This document shows positions 41,482-54,802 of a stretch of DNA of 64,000 nucleotides, piece by piece (positions within the stretch are counted from its first letter, which is position 1; each line of letters starts with the position of its first letter). The position numbers were made by a program, and so were the translations under genes. The DNA is from Nemertoderma westbladi. Lineage: Eukaryota; Animalia; Xenacoelomorpha. The DNA is taken from contig JAUCBJ010005600.1 of NCBI GenBank assembly GCA_032718475.1, positions 62,001 to 126,000 of the forward strand, in the 5' to 3' direction. Under the pieces are notes generated by a model. That model was given only the letters and a program-made list of their open reading frames with translations, did not search any database and was not told the DNA's origin.

Positions 41482-43093
41482 CTACTACTACTACTACTAG
41501 GTCGAGCGAACTCGGACAGTGGAAATGAGATCCTTCCAGGCTTCCCGATTCTCCATAGTTGTCGCAATTTCGTTTCTCCTAAGTTTAGTATCCCTTTCAA
41601 GTTGATCTATATATGTTATGGCCGGTCGTCCACGACTACGCTTTCCATGAGTTGGTTGCCAGAAAAGTAGATCTGGTATGACCTCGTCTTTACTTCGCCA
41701 GAAGTGCCCACTGAATCTTAATCTGCGTTCACGGAGGGTGGTTGATACAGGTGGTATTGTACCATAAAGCTCGGCGTTTGTCATGTGTTGTCTCCAGCTG
41801 ATGTTTAGGGCTGCCCTTAGTAGTCTTGTGTAGAACCATCAATTCGTTGTTCAAGTGATTTAGTCAGTGTCCAGGTCTCACCCCCATATAAAAATACACT
41901 TTCCACTGTGGCTCGAAAGAACTTAGTCTTCAGGTGCCTGGAGAGATCTGATTTCCAGATGGTATCCATTTTTGATAGAGCTACCCAAGCCTTTGCTTTC
42001 CTAACTTCTATGTCCTTTTTGCTACTCTCTATCCATGATCCAAGGTACTGGAAGTCATCGACCTTCCTTAGTTGATTATTATCAATGGTTGTCAAGTTTC
42101 CATCAAAATTAAAGGTCATGAATTCGGTCTTTGTAGCATTTATATGCAATCCAACCTCCTTAGCAGCCCTCTCCACTTTATTTAGTAGAAGCTGTGCATC
42201 TGCTAGGGTATTAGAGAGCAGGGCGATGTCATACGCAAAGTCGGTGTCTGTGACTGTAGTTGCCGGATATCTACTACTTGTGCGTTCTTGAAGTGTGAAT
42301 CCCAGGTCTTCACCCTTTGTGGCCGTCCTCATTGCGTAATCCAGCACAATTACAAATAGTAATGGTGCTAATGTGTCACCTTGCAGTACGCCAGCTAGGA
42401 TTGAGAAAAACTCAGTATCACCATCTGGTGAGAGTACCTGCACTTCTGTGTCACAATATAACAATCCAATGCCAGCAACAATTACTTCTGGTATTCCATA
42501 AGCTCTTAGGATTTCAAGCATTTTACCTCTATGGATGGAGTCGAATGCCTTCTTGAAGTCCACAAAAGTCATGACAGCGGGGAGATTCTTTGACTTAATT
42601 CCTTCAATCAGTCTCGGTAGTGCAAGCTTCTGAGCTATTGTTGATCTACTTGGTCGAAATCCGTTTTGGCTCTTACGCAGTAGTTTCTCTATGTGAGGCC
42701 TAATCCTATATAGAATCATTTTATTGTATATTTTGGCAGCTACCACAAGCAGACAGATCCCACGATAGTTTGTTGGTATGCCGAGGTCTCCTTTCTTGGG
42801 GAGAGGCTTTAGTTGACCTTTAGTCCAAATTGGTGGTGGCTTTTTCCCTTTTAACATCCGGTTGCAAACATTCAATAATGGTCTGTTTAGCACTCCGGTT
42901 TTTCTGGGATTTCATCTAATCCACTCGCTTTATTATTGGACATGCTTTTAATGCTTCTTTGGAGTTCAGCAGGTGTGAAGTCCCCTGTTTCTATAGGTAG
43001 TGTCTTGTCATATATTTTCCTTGTAGGGCTGAGCTCGATGTTTGGTGGCTGCCCAAGCAAGTTGCTGAAGTGATTTTTCCACTTCCCAACACG
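41482..43093 (-). mobile_element. 5'-truncated RTE-clade LINE
   Basis: RT ORF 41817..42893 (NYRGI, QNGFRP, FVDFKKAFDS, GVLQGD, FAYDIAL) and C-terminal RRLRFSGH..GRP; (TAG)n tail; 13-bp TSD TCTGATGCCAATA at 41469-41481 and 43094-43106. Confidence 0.93.
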
Positions 43094-43554
43094 TCTGATG
43101 CCAATATCAGAGTAAATATGCCAATATCAGAATTCTCGAGTAGAGAAATATTATCGCAAGCGAAAAAATATATTACAAAATTGATTATTTGATTTGTCTT
43201 TTTAATATTTGATTAAATAATTTAAACAACATCGCGTGTGTCCATAAAATATCTAATCAAATAATCTATCGGCTAGCATATCGCTGTGTCTGATGATTGG
43301 GAAGGTCTACTTGGTCAAGTAAAATGATACTTGGCTACTTTAGTGAATTCATACCGCGTAAAGTAATGCTACACAGTAATGGTAATGTAATGGCAATGTA
43401 ATGGGTAGCAGTTATTTATCGAATTGTTAATATCAATACTGTGGGTGTCGGTTGCCGATCTTTTATTATAAATTTATTTTCAACCAGTAAAAGGTCTTTG
43501 CTGGTAGGGCCTACAGCTTGTTATGTGTTGTTATAATATAAGTCATTATCTACC

Positions 43555-46500
43555 GACTATACCACATGATCCAACCGCAGACCTGGATAGACACATCACT
43601 GTAACTGAGGTTGAAGAGGCGATTGCCCAGCAGAAGTTACGAAAGGCAGCTGGTCCTGATGGTGTTTATAATGAATCACTGAAGTCGGGGATGAGTTGTC
43701 TTTTACCATTTCTAATGAGCTGTTCTCTCTTTGTTTTACGACTTCGTCTTGCCCTGTTGTCACTAAATCGTCACCAGATTCTTACAGAGGTATCGCGTTA
43801 TTTTCCTGTTTGTTGATAACCTACTCCTACTTCCTCGCTAAGAGACTCTATTGCTGGGCTGAACGATTCAACAAACTCCCAAACGAAGAGTATGGCTTCC
43901 GAAAGGGAAGGTCAACACTCATGGCCGCTAAAACTCTGTACTTCTACATTAACTCTGCTCTATCGACACAAGGAGGCAAATTATATTGTGTCTTCATTGA
44001 CTTCTCCAAAGCGTTCAACTCAGTTAATCGGGAATATTTATGTTCTAAATTATCACTGCTCGGAGTTTGCCGAAAGTTCATGGATGCAATCTGGGAGTTA
44101 ATAGCAATAAATTATATTCGCCTCTGTGTTGGAACAATTCTCTCCGATCCCATCACTCAGCTGATCGGTGTTATCCAAGGTGACCAGCTTTCACCATTGT
44201 TGTTCAGCCTGTTTATATGTGATCTCCCGGCCATATTCGTTGATATTAGCGTTCATATCTTGTTATACGCTGATGACCTCGCTATCTATGGTAACTCAAT
44301 TCAGGAGGTTCAATCTGTGTTAAACAAACTTGCAGAGTATTGTGACAAAACTGACCTCGTTGTTAACCTGCTTAAGACAAAAGCTATAAAATTCCGCCGT
44401 GGAGGCCGTCTCTCCCAGTATGATAAACTCTTCTACCAGGCCCAGCCAGTAGAATTAGTGAATAAGTTTACCTGGGAATTGTCTTTACCACAAGGAATAT
44501 CGACTCGGGTCACAACATGCACTTATACAGCCGAGCTATAGCATCAGTAATGCGACTATCAACAAACTCTGACTAATATGAGTGCAATATTGCTCGTCTC
44601 ACCACACAAACTGTGGAATCTCGTAGTTTTCCCCGCGGTCACGTATGGCTGTTCTGTGTTCAAAAACAACAATTTAACACGGGAGCATCTGTTTCAACTT
44701 CCACATGTCATACAAGTCCAGGGCCTATTCTACAAAGTCTGGTGTGGAGTTGCGAAATATGCATCAACAACAAACATACTTCATGCAGCAGGCAACCCCG
44801 GGCACTCCCAGTTAGACTTAAGGGAAACCTAGGAGAAACCTCGAGGGAAAATGTAGAATGGCAGCCCAATTCTTATCTAACGGCTTCCAACACAAGGTTT
44901 GTTCGGCAAACTGCTGGCGGCCGTCTGAATCCTGTTTGTGCCGTCTCTGTGGCGACAACGCCTGCTGGCGGCCGTCTGAATCCTGTTTGTGCCGTCGATG
45001 TGGCGTCAACGCCTACTGGCGGCCGTCTGAATCCTATTTGTGCCGTCTCTGTGGCGTCAACGCCTACTGGCAGCCGTCTGAATCCTATTTGTGCCGTCTC
45101 TGTGGCGTCAACACATGCTGGCGGCCGTCTGAATCCTGTTTGTGCCGTCTCTGTGGCGACAACGCCTGCTGGCGGCCGTCTGAATCCTGTTTGTGCCGTC
45201 TCTGTGGCGTCAACGCCTACTGGCGGCTGTCTGAATCCTATTTGTGCCGTCTCTGTGGCGTCAACGCATGCTGGCGGCCGTCTGAATCCTGTTTGTGCCC
45301 TCTCTGTGGCGACAACGCCTGTTGGCGCCCGTAAAATCCTGTTTGTGCCCTCTCTGTGGCGACAACGCCTGCTGGCGGCGGTCTGAATCCTGTTTGTGCC
45401 GTCTCTGTGGCGTCAACGCCTGCTGGCGGCCGTCTGAATCCTGTTTGTGCCATCTCTGTGGCGTCAATGCCTAGTGGCGGGCGACTGAATCATGTTTGTG
45501 CCGTCTCTGTGGCGACAACGCCTGCTGGCGACCGTCTGAATCCTGTTTGTGCCGTCACTATGGTGTCAACGCCTGCTGGCGGACATCTGAATCCTGTTTG
45601 TTCAGTCTCTGTGGCGTCAACGCCTGCTGGCGGGAGTCTGAATCCTGTTTGTGCCGTCTCTGTGGCGTCAACGCCTGCTGGCAGCCATCTGAATCCTGTT
45701 TGTGCCGTCTCTGTGGCGTCAACGCCTGCTGGCGGCCGTCTGAATACTGTTTGTGCCGTCTCTGTGGCGTCAACGCCTGCTGGCGGCCGTCTGAATCCTG
45801 TTTGTGCCGTCTCTGTGGCGACAACGCCTGCTGGAGGCCGTCTGAATCCTGTTTGTGCCGTCTCTGTGGCGACAACGCCTGCTGGCGGCTGTCTGAATCC
45901 TGTTTGTGCCGTCTCTGTGGCGTCAACGCCTGCTGGCAGCCGTCTGAATCCTGTTTGTGCCGTCTCTGTGGCGTCAACGCCTGATGGCGGCCGTCTGAAT
46001 CCTGTTTGTGCCGTCTCTGTGGCGCCAACGCCTGCTGGAGGCCGTCTGAATCCTGTTTGTGCCGTCTCTGTGGCGAAAACGCCTGCTGGCGACCGTCTGA
46101 ATCCTGTTTGTGCCGTCTCTGTGGCGACAACGCCTGCTGGTGGCCATCTGAATCCTGTTTGTGCCGTCTCTGTGGCATCAACGCCAGCTGGCGGCCATCT
46201 GAATCCTGTTTGTGCCGTCTCTGTGGCAACAACACCTACTGGCGTCCGTCTGAATCCTGTTTGTGCCGTCTCTATGGCGACAACGCCTGCTGGCGGCTGT
46301 CTGAATCCTGTTTGTGCCATCTCTGTGGCATCAACGCCTGCTGGCGGCCGCCTGAATCCTGTTTGTGCCGTCTCTGTGGCGACAACGCCTACTGGCGTCC
46401 GTCTGAATCCTGTTTGTGCCGTCTCTGTGGCGACAACGCCTGCTGGCGGCCGCCTGAATCCTGTTTGTGCCATCTCTGTGGCGTCAACGCCTGCTGGCGG

Positions 46501-49500
46501 CCGTCTGAATCCTGTTTGTGACGTCTCTGTGGCGTCAACGCCTGCTGGCGGCCGTCTGAATCCTGTTTGTGCCCTCTCTGTGGCGACAACGCCTGTTGGC
46601 GCCCGTAAAATCCTGTTTGTGCCCTCTCTGTGGCGACAACGCCTGCTGGCGGCGGTCTGAATCCTGTTTGTGCCGTCTCTGTGGCGTCAACGCCTGCTGG
46701 CGGCCGTCTGAATCCTGTTTGTGCCATCTCTGTGGCGTCAATGCCTAGTGGCGGGCGACTGAATCATGTTTGTGCCGTCTCTGTGGCGACAACGCCTGCT
46801 GGCGACCGTCTGAATCCTGTTTGTGCCGTCACTATGGTGTCAACGCCTGCTGGCGGACATCTGAATCCTGTTTGTTCAGTCTCTGTGGCGTCAACGCCTG
46901 CTGGCGGGAGTCTGAATCCTGTTTGTGCCGTCTCTGTGGCGTCAACGCCTGCTGGCAGCCATCTGAATCCTGTTTGTGCCGTCTCTGTGGCGTCAACGCC
47001 TGCTGGCGGCCGTCTGAATACTGTTTGTGCCGTCTCTGTGGCGTCAACGCCTGCTGGCGGCCGTCTGAATCCTGTTTGTGCCGTCTCTGTGGCGACAACG
47101 CCTGCTGGAGGCCGTCTGAATCCTGTTTGTGCCGTCTCTGTGGCGACAACGCCTGCTGGCGGCTGTCTGAATCCTGTTTGTGCCGTCTCTGTGGCGTCAA
47201 CGCCTGCTGGCAGCCGTCTGAATCCTGTTTGTGCCGTCTCTGTGGCGTCAACGCCTGATGGCGGCCGTCTGAATCCTGTTTGTGCCGTCTCTGTGGCGCC
47301 AACGCCTGCTGGAGGCCGTCTGAATCCTGTTTGTGCCGTCTCTGTGGCGAAAACGCCTGCTGGCGACCGTCTGAATCCTGTTTGTGCCGTCTCTGTGGCG
47401 ACAACGCCTGCTGGTGGCCATCTGAATCCTGTTTGTGCCGTCTCTGTGGCATCAACGCCAGCTGGCGGCCATCTGAATCCTGTTTGTGCCGTCTCTGTGG
47501 CAACAACACCTACTGGCGTCCGTCTGAATCCTGTTTGTGCCGTCTCTATGGCGACAACGCCTGCTGGCGGCTGTCTGAATCCTGTTTGTGCCATCTCTGT
47601 GGCATCAACGCCTGCTGGCGGCCGCCTGAATCCTGTTTGTGCTGTCTCTGTGGCGACAACGCCTACTGGCGTCCGTCTGAATCCTGTTTGTGCCGTCTCT
47701 GTGGCGACAACGCCTGCTGGCGGCCGCCTGAATCCTGTTTGTGCCGTCTCTGTGGCGTCAACGCCTGCTGGCGGCCGTCTGAATCCTGTTTGTGACGTCT
47801 CTGTGGCGTCAACGCCTGCTGGCGGCCGTCTGAATCCTGTTTGTGCCGTCTCTGTGGCGACAACGCCTGCTGGCGGCCGTCTGAATCCTGTTTGTGCCGT
47901 CTCTGTGGCGACAACGCCTGCTGGCGGCCGTCTGAATCCTGTTTGTGCCGTCTCTGTGGCGTCAACGCCTGCTGGCGGCCATCTGAATCCTGTTTGCGCC
48001 ATCTCTGTGGCGACAACGCCTGCTGGCGGCCGTCTGAATCCTGTTTGTGACGTCTCTGTGGCGACAACGCCTGCTGGAGGCCGTCTGAATCCTGTTTGTG
48101 CCGTCTCTGTGGCGATAACGCCTGCTGGCGGCCATCTGAATCCTGTTTGTGCCGTCTCTGTGGCGACAACGCCTGCTGGCGGCCGTCTGAATCCTGTTTG
48201 TGCCGTCTCTGTGGCGCCAACGCCTGCTGGAGGCCGTCTGAATTCTGTTTGTGCCGTCTCTGTGGCGAAAACGCCTGCTGGCGACCGTCTGAATCCTGTT
48301 TGTGCCGTCTCTGTGGCGACAACGCCTGCTGGTGGCCATCTGAATCCTGTTTGTGCCGTCTCTGTGGCATCAACGCCAGCAGGCGGCCATCTGAATCCTG
48401 TTTGTGCCGTCTCTGTGGCAACAACACCTACTGGCGTCCGTCTGAATCCTGTTTGTGCCGTCTCTATGGCGACAACGCCTGCTGGCGGCTGTCTGAATCC
48501 TGTTTGTGCCATCTCTGTGGCATCAACGCCTGCTGGCGGCCGCCTGAATCCTGTTTGTGCCGTCTCTGTGGCGACAACGCCTACTGGCGTCCGTCTGAAT
48601 CCTGTTTGTGCCGTCTCTGTGGCGACAACGCCTGCTGGCGGCCGCCTGAATCCTGTTTGTGCCGTCTCTGTGGCGTCAACGCCTGCTGGCGGCCGTCTGA
48701 ATCCTGTTTGTGACGTCTCTGTGGCGTCAACGCCTGCTGGCGGCCGTCTGAATCCTGTTTGTGCCGTCTCTGTGGCGACAACGCCTGCTGGCGGCCGTCT
48801 GAATCCTGTTTGTGCCGTCTCTGTGGCGACAACGCCTGCTGGCGGCCGTCTGAATCCTGTTTGTGCCGTCTCTGTGGCGTCAACGCCTGCTGGCGGCCAT
48901 CTGAATCCTGTTTGCGCCATCTCTGTGGCGACAACGCCTGCTGGCGGCCGTCTGAATCCTGTTTGTGACGTCTCTGTGGCGACAACGCCTGCTGGAGGCC
49001 GTCTGAATCCTGTTTGTGCCGTCTCTGTGGCGATAACGCCTGCTGGCGGCCATCTGAATCCTGTTTGTGCCGTCTCTGTGGCGTCAACGCCTGCTGGCGG
49101 CCGTCTGAATCCTGTTTGTGCCGTCTCTGTGGCGACAATGCCTGCTGGTGGCCGTCTGAATTCTGTTTGTGCCGTCTCTGTGGCGACAACGCCTGCTGGC
49201 GGCCGTCTGAATCCTGTTTGTGCCGTCTCTGTGGCGACAACGTCTGCTGGCGGCCGTCTGAATCCTGTTTGTGCCGTCTCTGTGGCGACAACGCCTGCTG
49301 GCGGCCGTCTGAATCCTGTTTGTGCCGTCTCTGTGGCGTCAACGCCTGCTGACGGCCGTCTGAATCCTGTTTGTGCCGTCTCTGTGGCGACAACGCCTGC
49401 TGGCGGCCGTCTGAATCCTGTTTGTGCCGTCTCTGTGGCGTCAACGCCTGCTGGCGGCCGTCTGAATCCTGTTTGTGACGTCTCTGTGGAGACAACGCCT

Positions 49501-52100
49501 GCTGGCGGCCGTCTGAATTCTGTTTGTGCCGTCTCTGTGGCGACAACGCCTGCTGGCGGCCGTCTGAATCCTGTTTGTGCCGTCTCTGTGGCGACAACGC
49601 CTGCTGGCGGCCGTCTGAATCCTGTTTGTACCGTCTCTGTGGCGTTAACGCCTGCTGACGGCCGTCTGAATCCTGTTTGTGCCGTCTCTGTGGCGACAAC
49701 GCCTATTGGCGGCCGTCTGAATCCTGTTTGTGCCGTCTCTGTGGCGTCAAAGCCTGCTGGCGGCCGTCTTAATCCTGTTTTTGCTGTCTCTGTGGCGTCA
49801 ACGCCTGCTGGAGGCCGTCTGAATCCTGTTTGTGCCGTCTCTGTGGCGACAACGCCTGCTGGCGGCCGTCTGAATCCTGTTTGTGCCGTCTCTGTGGCGA
49901 CAAAGCATGCTGGCGGCCGTCTGAATCCTGTTTGTGCCGTCTCTGTGGCGACAACGCCTGCTGGAGGCCGTCTGAATCCTGTTTGTGCCGTCTCTATGGC
50001 GATAACGCCTGCTGGCGGCCGTCTGAATCCTGTTTGTGCCGTCTCTGTGGCGACAACGCCTGCTGGCAGCCGTCTGAATCCTGTTTGTGCCGTCTCTGTG
50101 GCGACAACGCCTGCTGGCGGCCGTCTGAATCCTGTTTGTGCCGTCTCTGTGGCGTCAATGCCTGCTGGAGGCCGCCTGAATCCTGTTTGTGCCGTCTCTG
50201 TGGCGACAACGCCTGCTGGCGGCAGTCTGAATCCTGTTTGTGCCGTCTCTGTGGCGACAACGCCTGCTGGCGGCCGTCTGAATCCTGTTTGTGCTGTCTC
50301 TGTGGCGTCAACGCCAGATGGCGGCCGTCTGAATCTTGTTTGTGCCGTCTCTGTGGCGTCAACGCCTGCTGGCGGCCGTCTGAATCCTGTTTGTGCCGTC
50401 TCTGTGGCGACAACGCCTGCTTGCGGCCGTCTGAATCCTGTTTGTGCCGTCTCTATGGCGACAACGCCTGCTGGCGGCCGTCTGAATCCTGTTTGTACCG
50501 TCTCTGTGGCCATAACGCCTGCTTGCGGCCGTCTGAATCTGTTTGTGCCGTCTCTGTGGCGTCAACGCCTGCTGGCGGCCGTCTGAATCCTGTTTGTGCC
50601 GTCTCTGTGGCGTCAACGCCTGCTGGCGGCCGTCTGAATCCTGTTTGTGCCGTCTCTGTGGCGTCAATGCCTGCTGGAGGCCGCCTGAATCCTGTTTGTG
50701 CCGTCTCTGTGGCGACAACGCCTGCTGGCGGCCGTCTGAATCCTGTTTGTGCCGTCTCTGTGGCGACAACGCCTGCTGGCGGCCGTCTGAATCCTGTTTG
50801 TGCCGTCTCTGTGGCGTCAACGCCAGCTGGCGGCCGTCTGAATCCTGTTTGTGCCGTCTCTGTGGCGTCAACGCCTGCTGGCGGCCGTCTGAATCCTGTT
50901 TGTTCCGTCTCTATGGCGACAACGCCTGCTTGCGGCCGTCTGAATCCTGTTTGTGCCGTCTCTATGGCGACAACGCCTGCTGGCGGCCGTCTGAATCCTG
51001 TTTGTGCCGTCTCTGTGGCGTCAAAGCCTGCTGGCGGCCGTCTTAATCCTGTTTTTGCTGTCTCTGTGGCGTCAACGCCTGTTGGCGGCCGTCTGAATCC
51101 TGTTTGTGCCGTCTCTGTGGCGTCAACGCCTGCTGGCGGCCGTCTGAATCCTGTTTGTGCCGTCTCTGTGGCGACAAAGCATGCTGGCGGCCGTCTGAAT
51201 CCTGTTTGTGCCGTCTCTGTGGCGTCAATGCCTGCTGGAGGCCGCCTGAATCCTGTTTGTGCCGTCTCTGTGGCGACAACGCCTGCTGGCGGCCGTCTGA
51301 ATCCTGTTTGTGCCGTCTCTGTGGCGACAACGCCTGCTGGCGGCCGTCTGAATCCTGTTTGTGCCGTCTCTGTGGCGTTAACGCCAGCTGGCGGCCGTCT
51401 GAATCCTGTTTGTGCCGTCTCTGTGGCGTCAACGCCTGCTGGCGGCCGTCTGAATCCTGTTTGTGCCGTATCTGTGGCGACAACGCCTGCTTGCGGCCGT
51501 CTGAATCCTGTTTGTGCCGTCTCTATGGCGACAACGCCTGCTGGCGGCCGTCTGAATCCTGTTTGTGCCGTGTCTGTGGCGATAACGCCTGCTTGCGGCC
51601 GTCTGAATCTGTTTGTGCCGTCTCTGTGGCGTCAACGCCTGCTGGCGGCCGTCTGAATCCTGTTTGTGCCGTCTCTGTGGCGTCAACGCCTGCTGGCGGC
51701 CGTCTGAATCTTGTTTGTTCCGTCTCTGTGGCGTCAACGCCTGCTGGCGGCCGTCTGAATCCTGTTTGTGCCGTCTCTGTGGCGTCAACGCCTGCTGGAG
51801 GCCGTCTGAATCCTGTTTGTGCCGTCTCTGTGGCGACAACGCCTGCTGGCGACCGTCTGAATCCTGTTTGTGCCGTCTCTGTGGCGTCAACGCCTGCTGG
51901 TGGCCGCCTGAATCCTGTTTGTGCCGTCTCTGTGGCGACAACGTTTGATCTGCTCTCAATTAAATGCATTTCAGCCCAATGCTCTGAGATTAGCCTCGCA
52001 TATGCAATCCCTCTAACGAGCAAACCATCTATTTTCACAACCGTTTTAAAGCTACTGTAACTGACAAACTCTTAAATTACAATATTATTTAATGTAATTA
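43555..52100 (+). mobile_element. Degenerate LINE ORF2 with a 7-kb satellite expanded inside its 3' coding end
   Basis: KAAGPDGV, SYRGIAL, FIDFSKAFNSV, GVIQGDQLSP, LYADDL and FRRGGRL; then AAQFLSNGFQHKVC runs directly into the 51-bp array. Confidence 0.88.
44911..51943. repeat. Satellite C: 51-bp unit CTGCTGGCGGCCGTCTGAATCCTGTTTGTGCCGTCTCTGTGGCG(A/T)CAACGC, about 138 copies
   Basis: Uninterrupted tandem array; one frame reads CWRPSESCLCRLCGDNA. Confidence 0.98.
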
Positions 52101-53776
52101 TTTATTTATTTATTTTATTTAGATTAATTTTATGGATCATTTATATAAAGCTTATCCATTGGTCTTTATATCGAGTTCTTATACAAAAAATACAGTAAAC
52201 AGGCGAGGAATAAATAATTTATTCGAAAAATTGATATTCCGTCACTTTTAAACCTGGAGTCAGTAAAATCAAACTTTACGGTTTGGTGGTTTAAATGGAT
52301 ATATTAATGTTTAGGAACTTATGGTTTGCAGTTGCGGCTAAACGGATTTTATATTCCTTTTCCTCTCGCAAGTGTAATAAAGGTGGGTCTAACTAATTGC
52401 GTCTATATAGACCCTCATAATTCCAGTTGTGGTGGTGAACTTTAGACCGAAATATAAACTTGTTGTGACGTCAGCAGTTAAACAATGATATCGGGACTAC
52501 TTCAAAAAAAAACTTTACTCAAATAATATATATATTTATGAATACTTTTTTCATTTTTCTATGAAAACTCCATGGCAAACAATACTTAGTCTAAGAGAAT
52601 TATCATCCAAGGACTTGAATGTGATTTCCATTTAAAATACAAAAAATATGTCGAATTTTTACCTTGTCAAATAAACAATTTAAATTTATATTATAATATT
52701 TTTAAATATCCAATTATTATTAATTACTCACGATATATCATATTTATTATAATAATATATTATGTACATTGTACTATACAACCACATAAAATAATGAAGT
52801 ATATATATAAAGTATATATAAGTATATATATATAAACATAAAATCCCTTAATAATATATAATATAACGGAATGTTAACGTAAAGTCTACTATCTAAGCAC
52901 TCATTATAAAAAATATAAAAAGATAATTGGAAAAATTACTAACAAAATATATGTAGAATGTTGAAATATTTCTATTTGACCTCAACTACGTTTAAATCGA
53001 AAATATTTTTGCCACTGCATTTCAATGTTAATGTGACTAAAAGAATCCACTAGATGGTACAGTATTAATCAAGTTACTCAAGTTTTTAATTTTATCCGGA
53101 ATGCTGGCTGCTACAGGCGCAAAAATTTAGTGGGGAAACTTTCACTTTAATAACTTTCCCTAATTTATCTATTGGAAATGAATATTTCATCATCTAGTTT
53201 GTACAATTTTGGGCTGGTAGAAGCAATCCGGGTCGTATTATCATGATGACACTGTCGTGTTATTATATTAAACACGGCTCACACGGTGTATACAACAACA
53301 TCACATTGTTAAAACCAAATGAAATGAGGCGTCATCCATTAGTATTCCATAAGCCCGAGTCTAAAAGACACCGGAACATGATTTGGGGATATCCAACTAA
53401 CATGTTGGATATCTTTCATACGTAGTTAGACGGATTTGGTGAATAAGAATAATAACATCCTCAGGTTTTCTACAGTAAGTAAATCTACCATCTCAATAAA
53501 CCTCAGTAGCCGATGCAATATTGTGTAAATTCCTAATTATATAAATTATTAGCAAATAAATTAAATTAATTCAAATTTCATTGAAAATAATATTTCTAAG
53601 GTAACTATTTTGTTGACTACACCAGAAAATATGGCACAAAATGTATTTCACCTGCAAGTTTATATTACAAATAGTAATCGTAATTTTAATATAAATAATA
53701 CTAATTAATACAATAGGCCTCCTCCTCCGCGCATTGTTGCGTGGTAAGTTTGACCAACTTTATATAATTGTTGTCA

Positions 53777-53893
53777 TTAATTATTCAAGGAGGGTATAGT
53801 TTCTCTCATTCGTTTACACGGTATGGGACCAATAAGACTGTCACTATTATCCACATCAACTTCGTCCTGGACTGGTAAATCTTCAGTTTTATC
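53777..53893 (-). CDS. Putative terminal exon of the minus-strand gene (DKTEDLPVQDEVDVDNSDSLIGPIPCKRMRETIPSLNN*)
   Basis: Acceptor ttgccatgtAG; phase 0 matches the upstream exon; TAA at 53779-53777. Confidence 0.5.
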   Translation of the reverse strand, partial: DKTEDLPVQDEVDVDNSDSLIGPIPCKRMRETIPSLNN

Positions 53894-54262
53894 CTACATG
53901 GCAAATATAAAATAATATTGCAATAATATGACTGTTGTGTAATATCATTACAGTAAAGCAATACTATAAATATATATATTGGAGTTAATAGTTGAACTAG
54001 TGGCATTAAATTATTAATTGAGATCATGAATGTTACTGGATATTAGTACCTCAATTTGGCACATTTAGTACGTCAATTAAGTTGTCTCAATGATACAGTA
54101 GACCCCCATGGGATACATTTTAGCGCATTTTAAACGATCCATTAAAATAATAATACAAGAGTTGTCCAGCAACCGGCTCTATACCCCTACTCCTATGAAT
54201 GGAATTAATAATAAAATAGGTAGGAAAATCGCAAAGTGAAATCTAATAATTATTGAACTCAC

Positions 54263-54361
54263 TGTGAAACACATGCCATTGATTTGTATCCAATCACCAC
54301 GGGAATGAGAGTGATCTGATGCCGATGTCACTGAGCAACTTGATGTTGTTGGCGATGTTAT
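54263..54361 (-). CDS. Putative internal exon (ITSPTTSSCSVTSASDHSHSRGDWIQINGMCFT)
   Basis: Acceptor cattcgcAG, donor GTGAGT, 99 bp, phase 0-0. Confidence 0.6.
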
Positions 54362-54802
54362 CTGCGAATGTCGAAATGTAACCAAATTAATATTGTCATA
54401 AATCATCATGAATATTATTTTAACAGATGAAAATATCACAATTGAATGCAGAAGCGACGCCTGTACTCGTTCACATTATCATAATGAAACAAACATAAGG
54501 AATTATCCTATTCCAAATTAATAAAACTGGTCTTTTTTATACAGGATACGCTTCATACATAATAATGTTTCATGTCTACCTAGAACTATTGATAATCAGT
54601 AACACTGTTCATCCAAGTTTTGTTACGATTTATGAGTTTTTGTATAACTTTTGTGTCCAAAATCATATACACCGGAGTCGTAATAATAATTCAACAAGTT
54701 TCTTGGGAAAATTAACTTTTTATTTATTTTTTTTATCTATCTTACTTTATTGATATACTAAGCCTTAGTAGGTGTTCTGGTAGTGTAAGGAAGGATACTT
54801 AC

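Noticed and set aside
43081-43090. LINE 5' truncation point contains ACTTCCCAAC, identical to satellite B
   Set aside because: It is ordinary coding sequence (VGKW) and the satellite lies on the opposite flank from where 5' microhomology would act; probably coincidence.
45356-51656. 1318-aa (TPAGGRLNPVCAVSVA) and 1249-aa antisense ORFs
   Set aside because: Alternative frames of the 51-bp satellite. The ancestral coding frame is the CWRPSESCLCRLC frame of the LINE.
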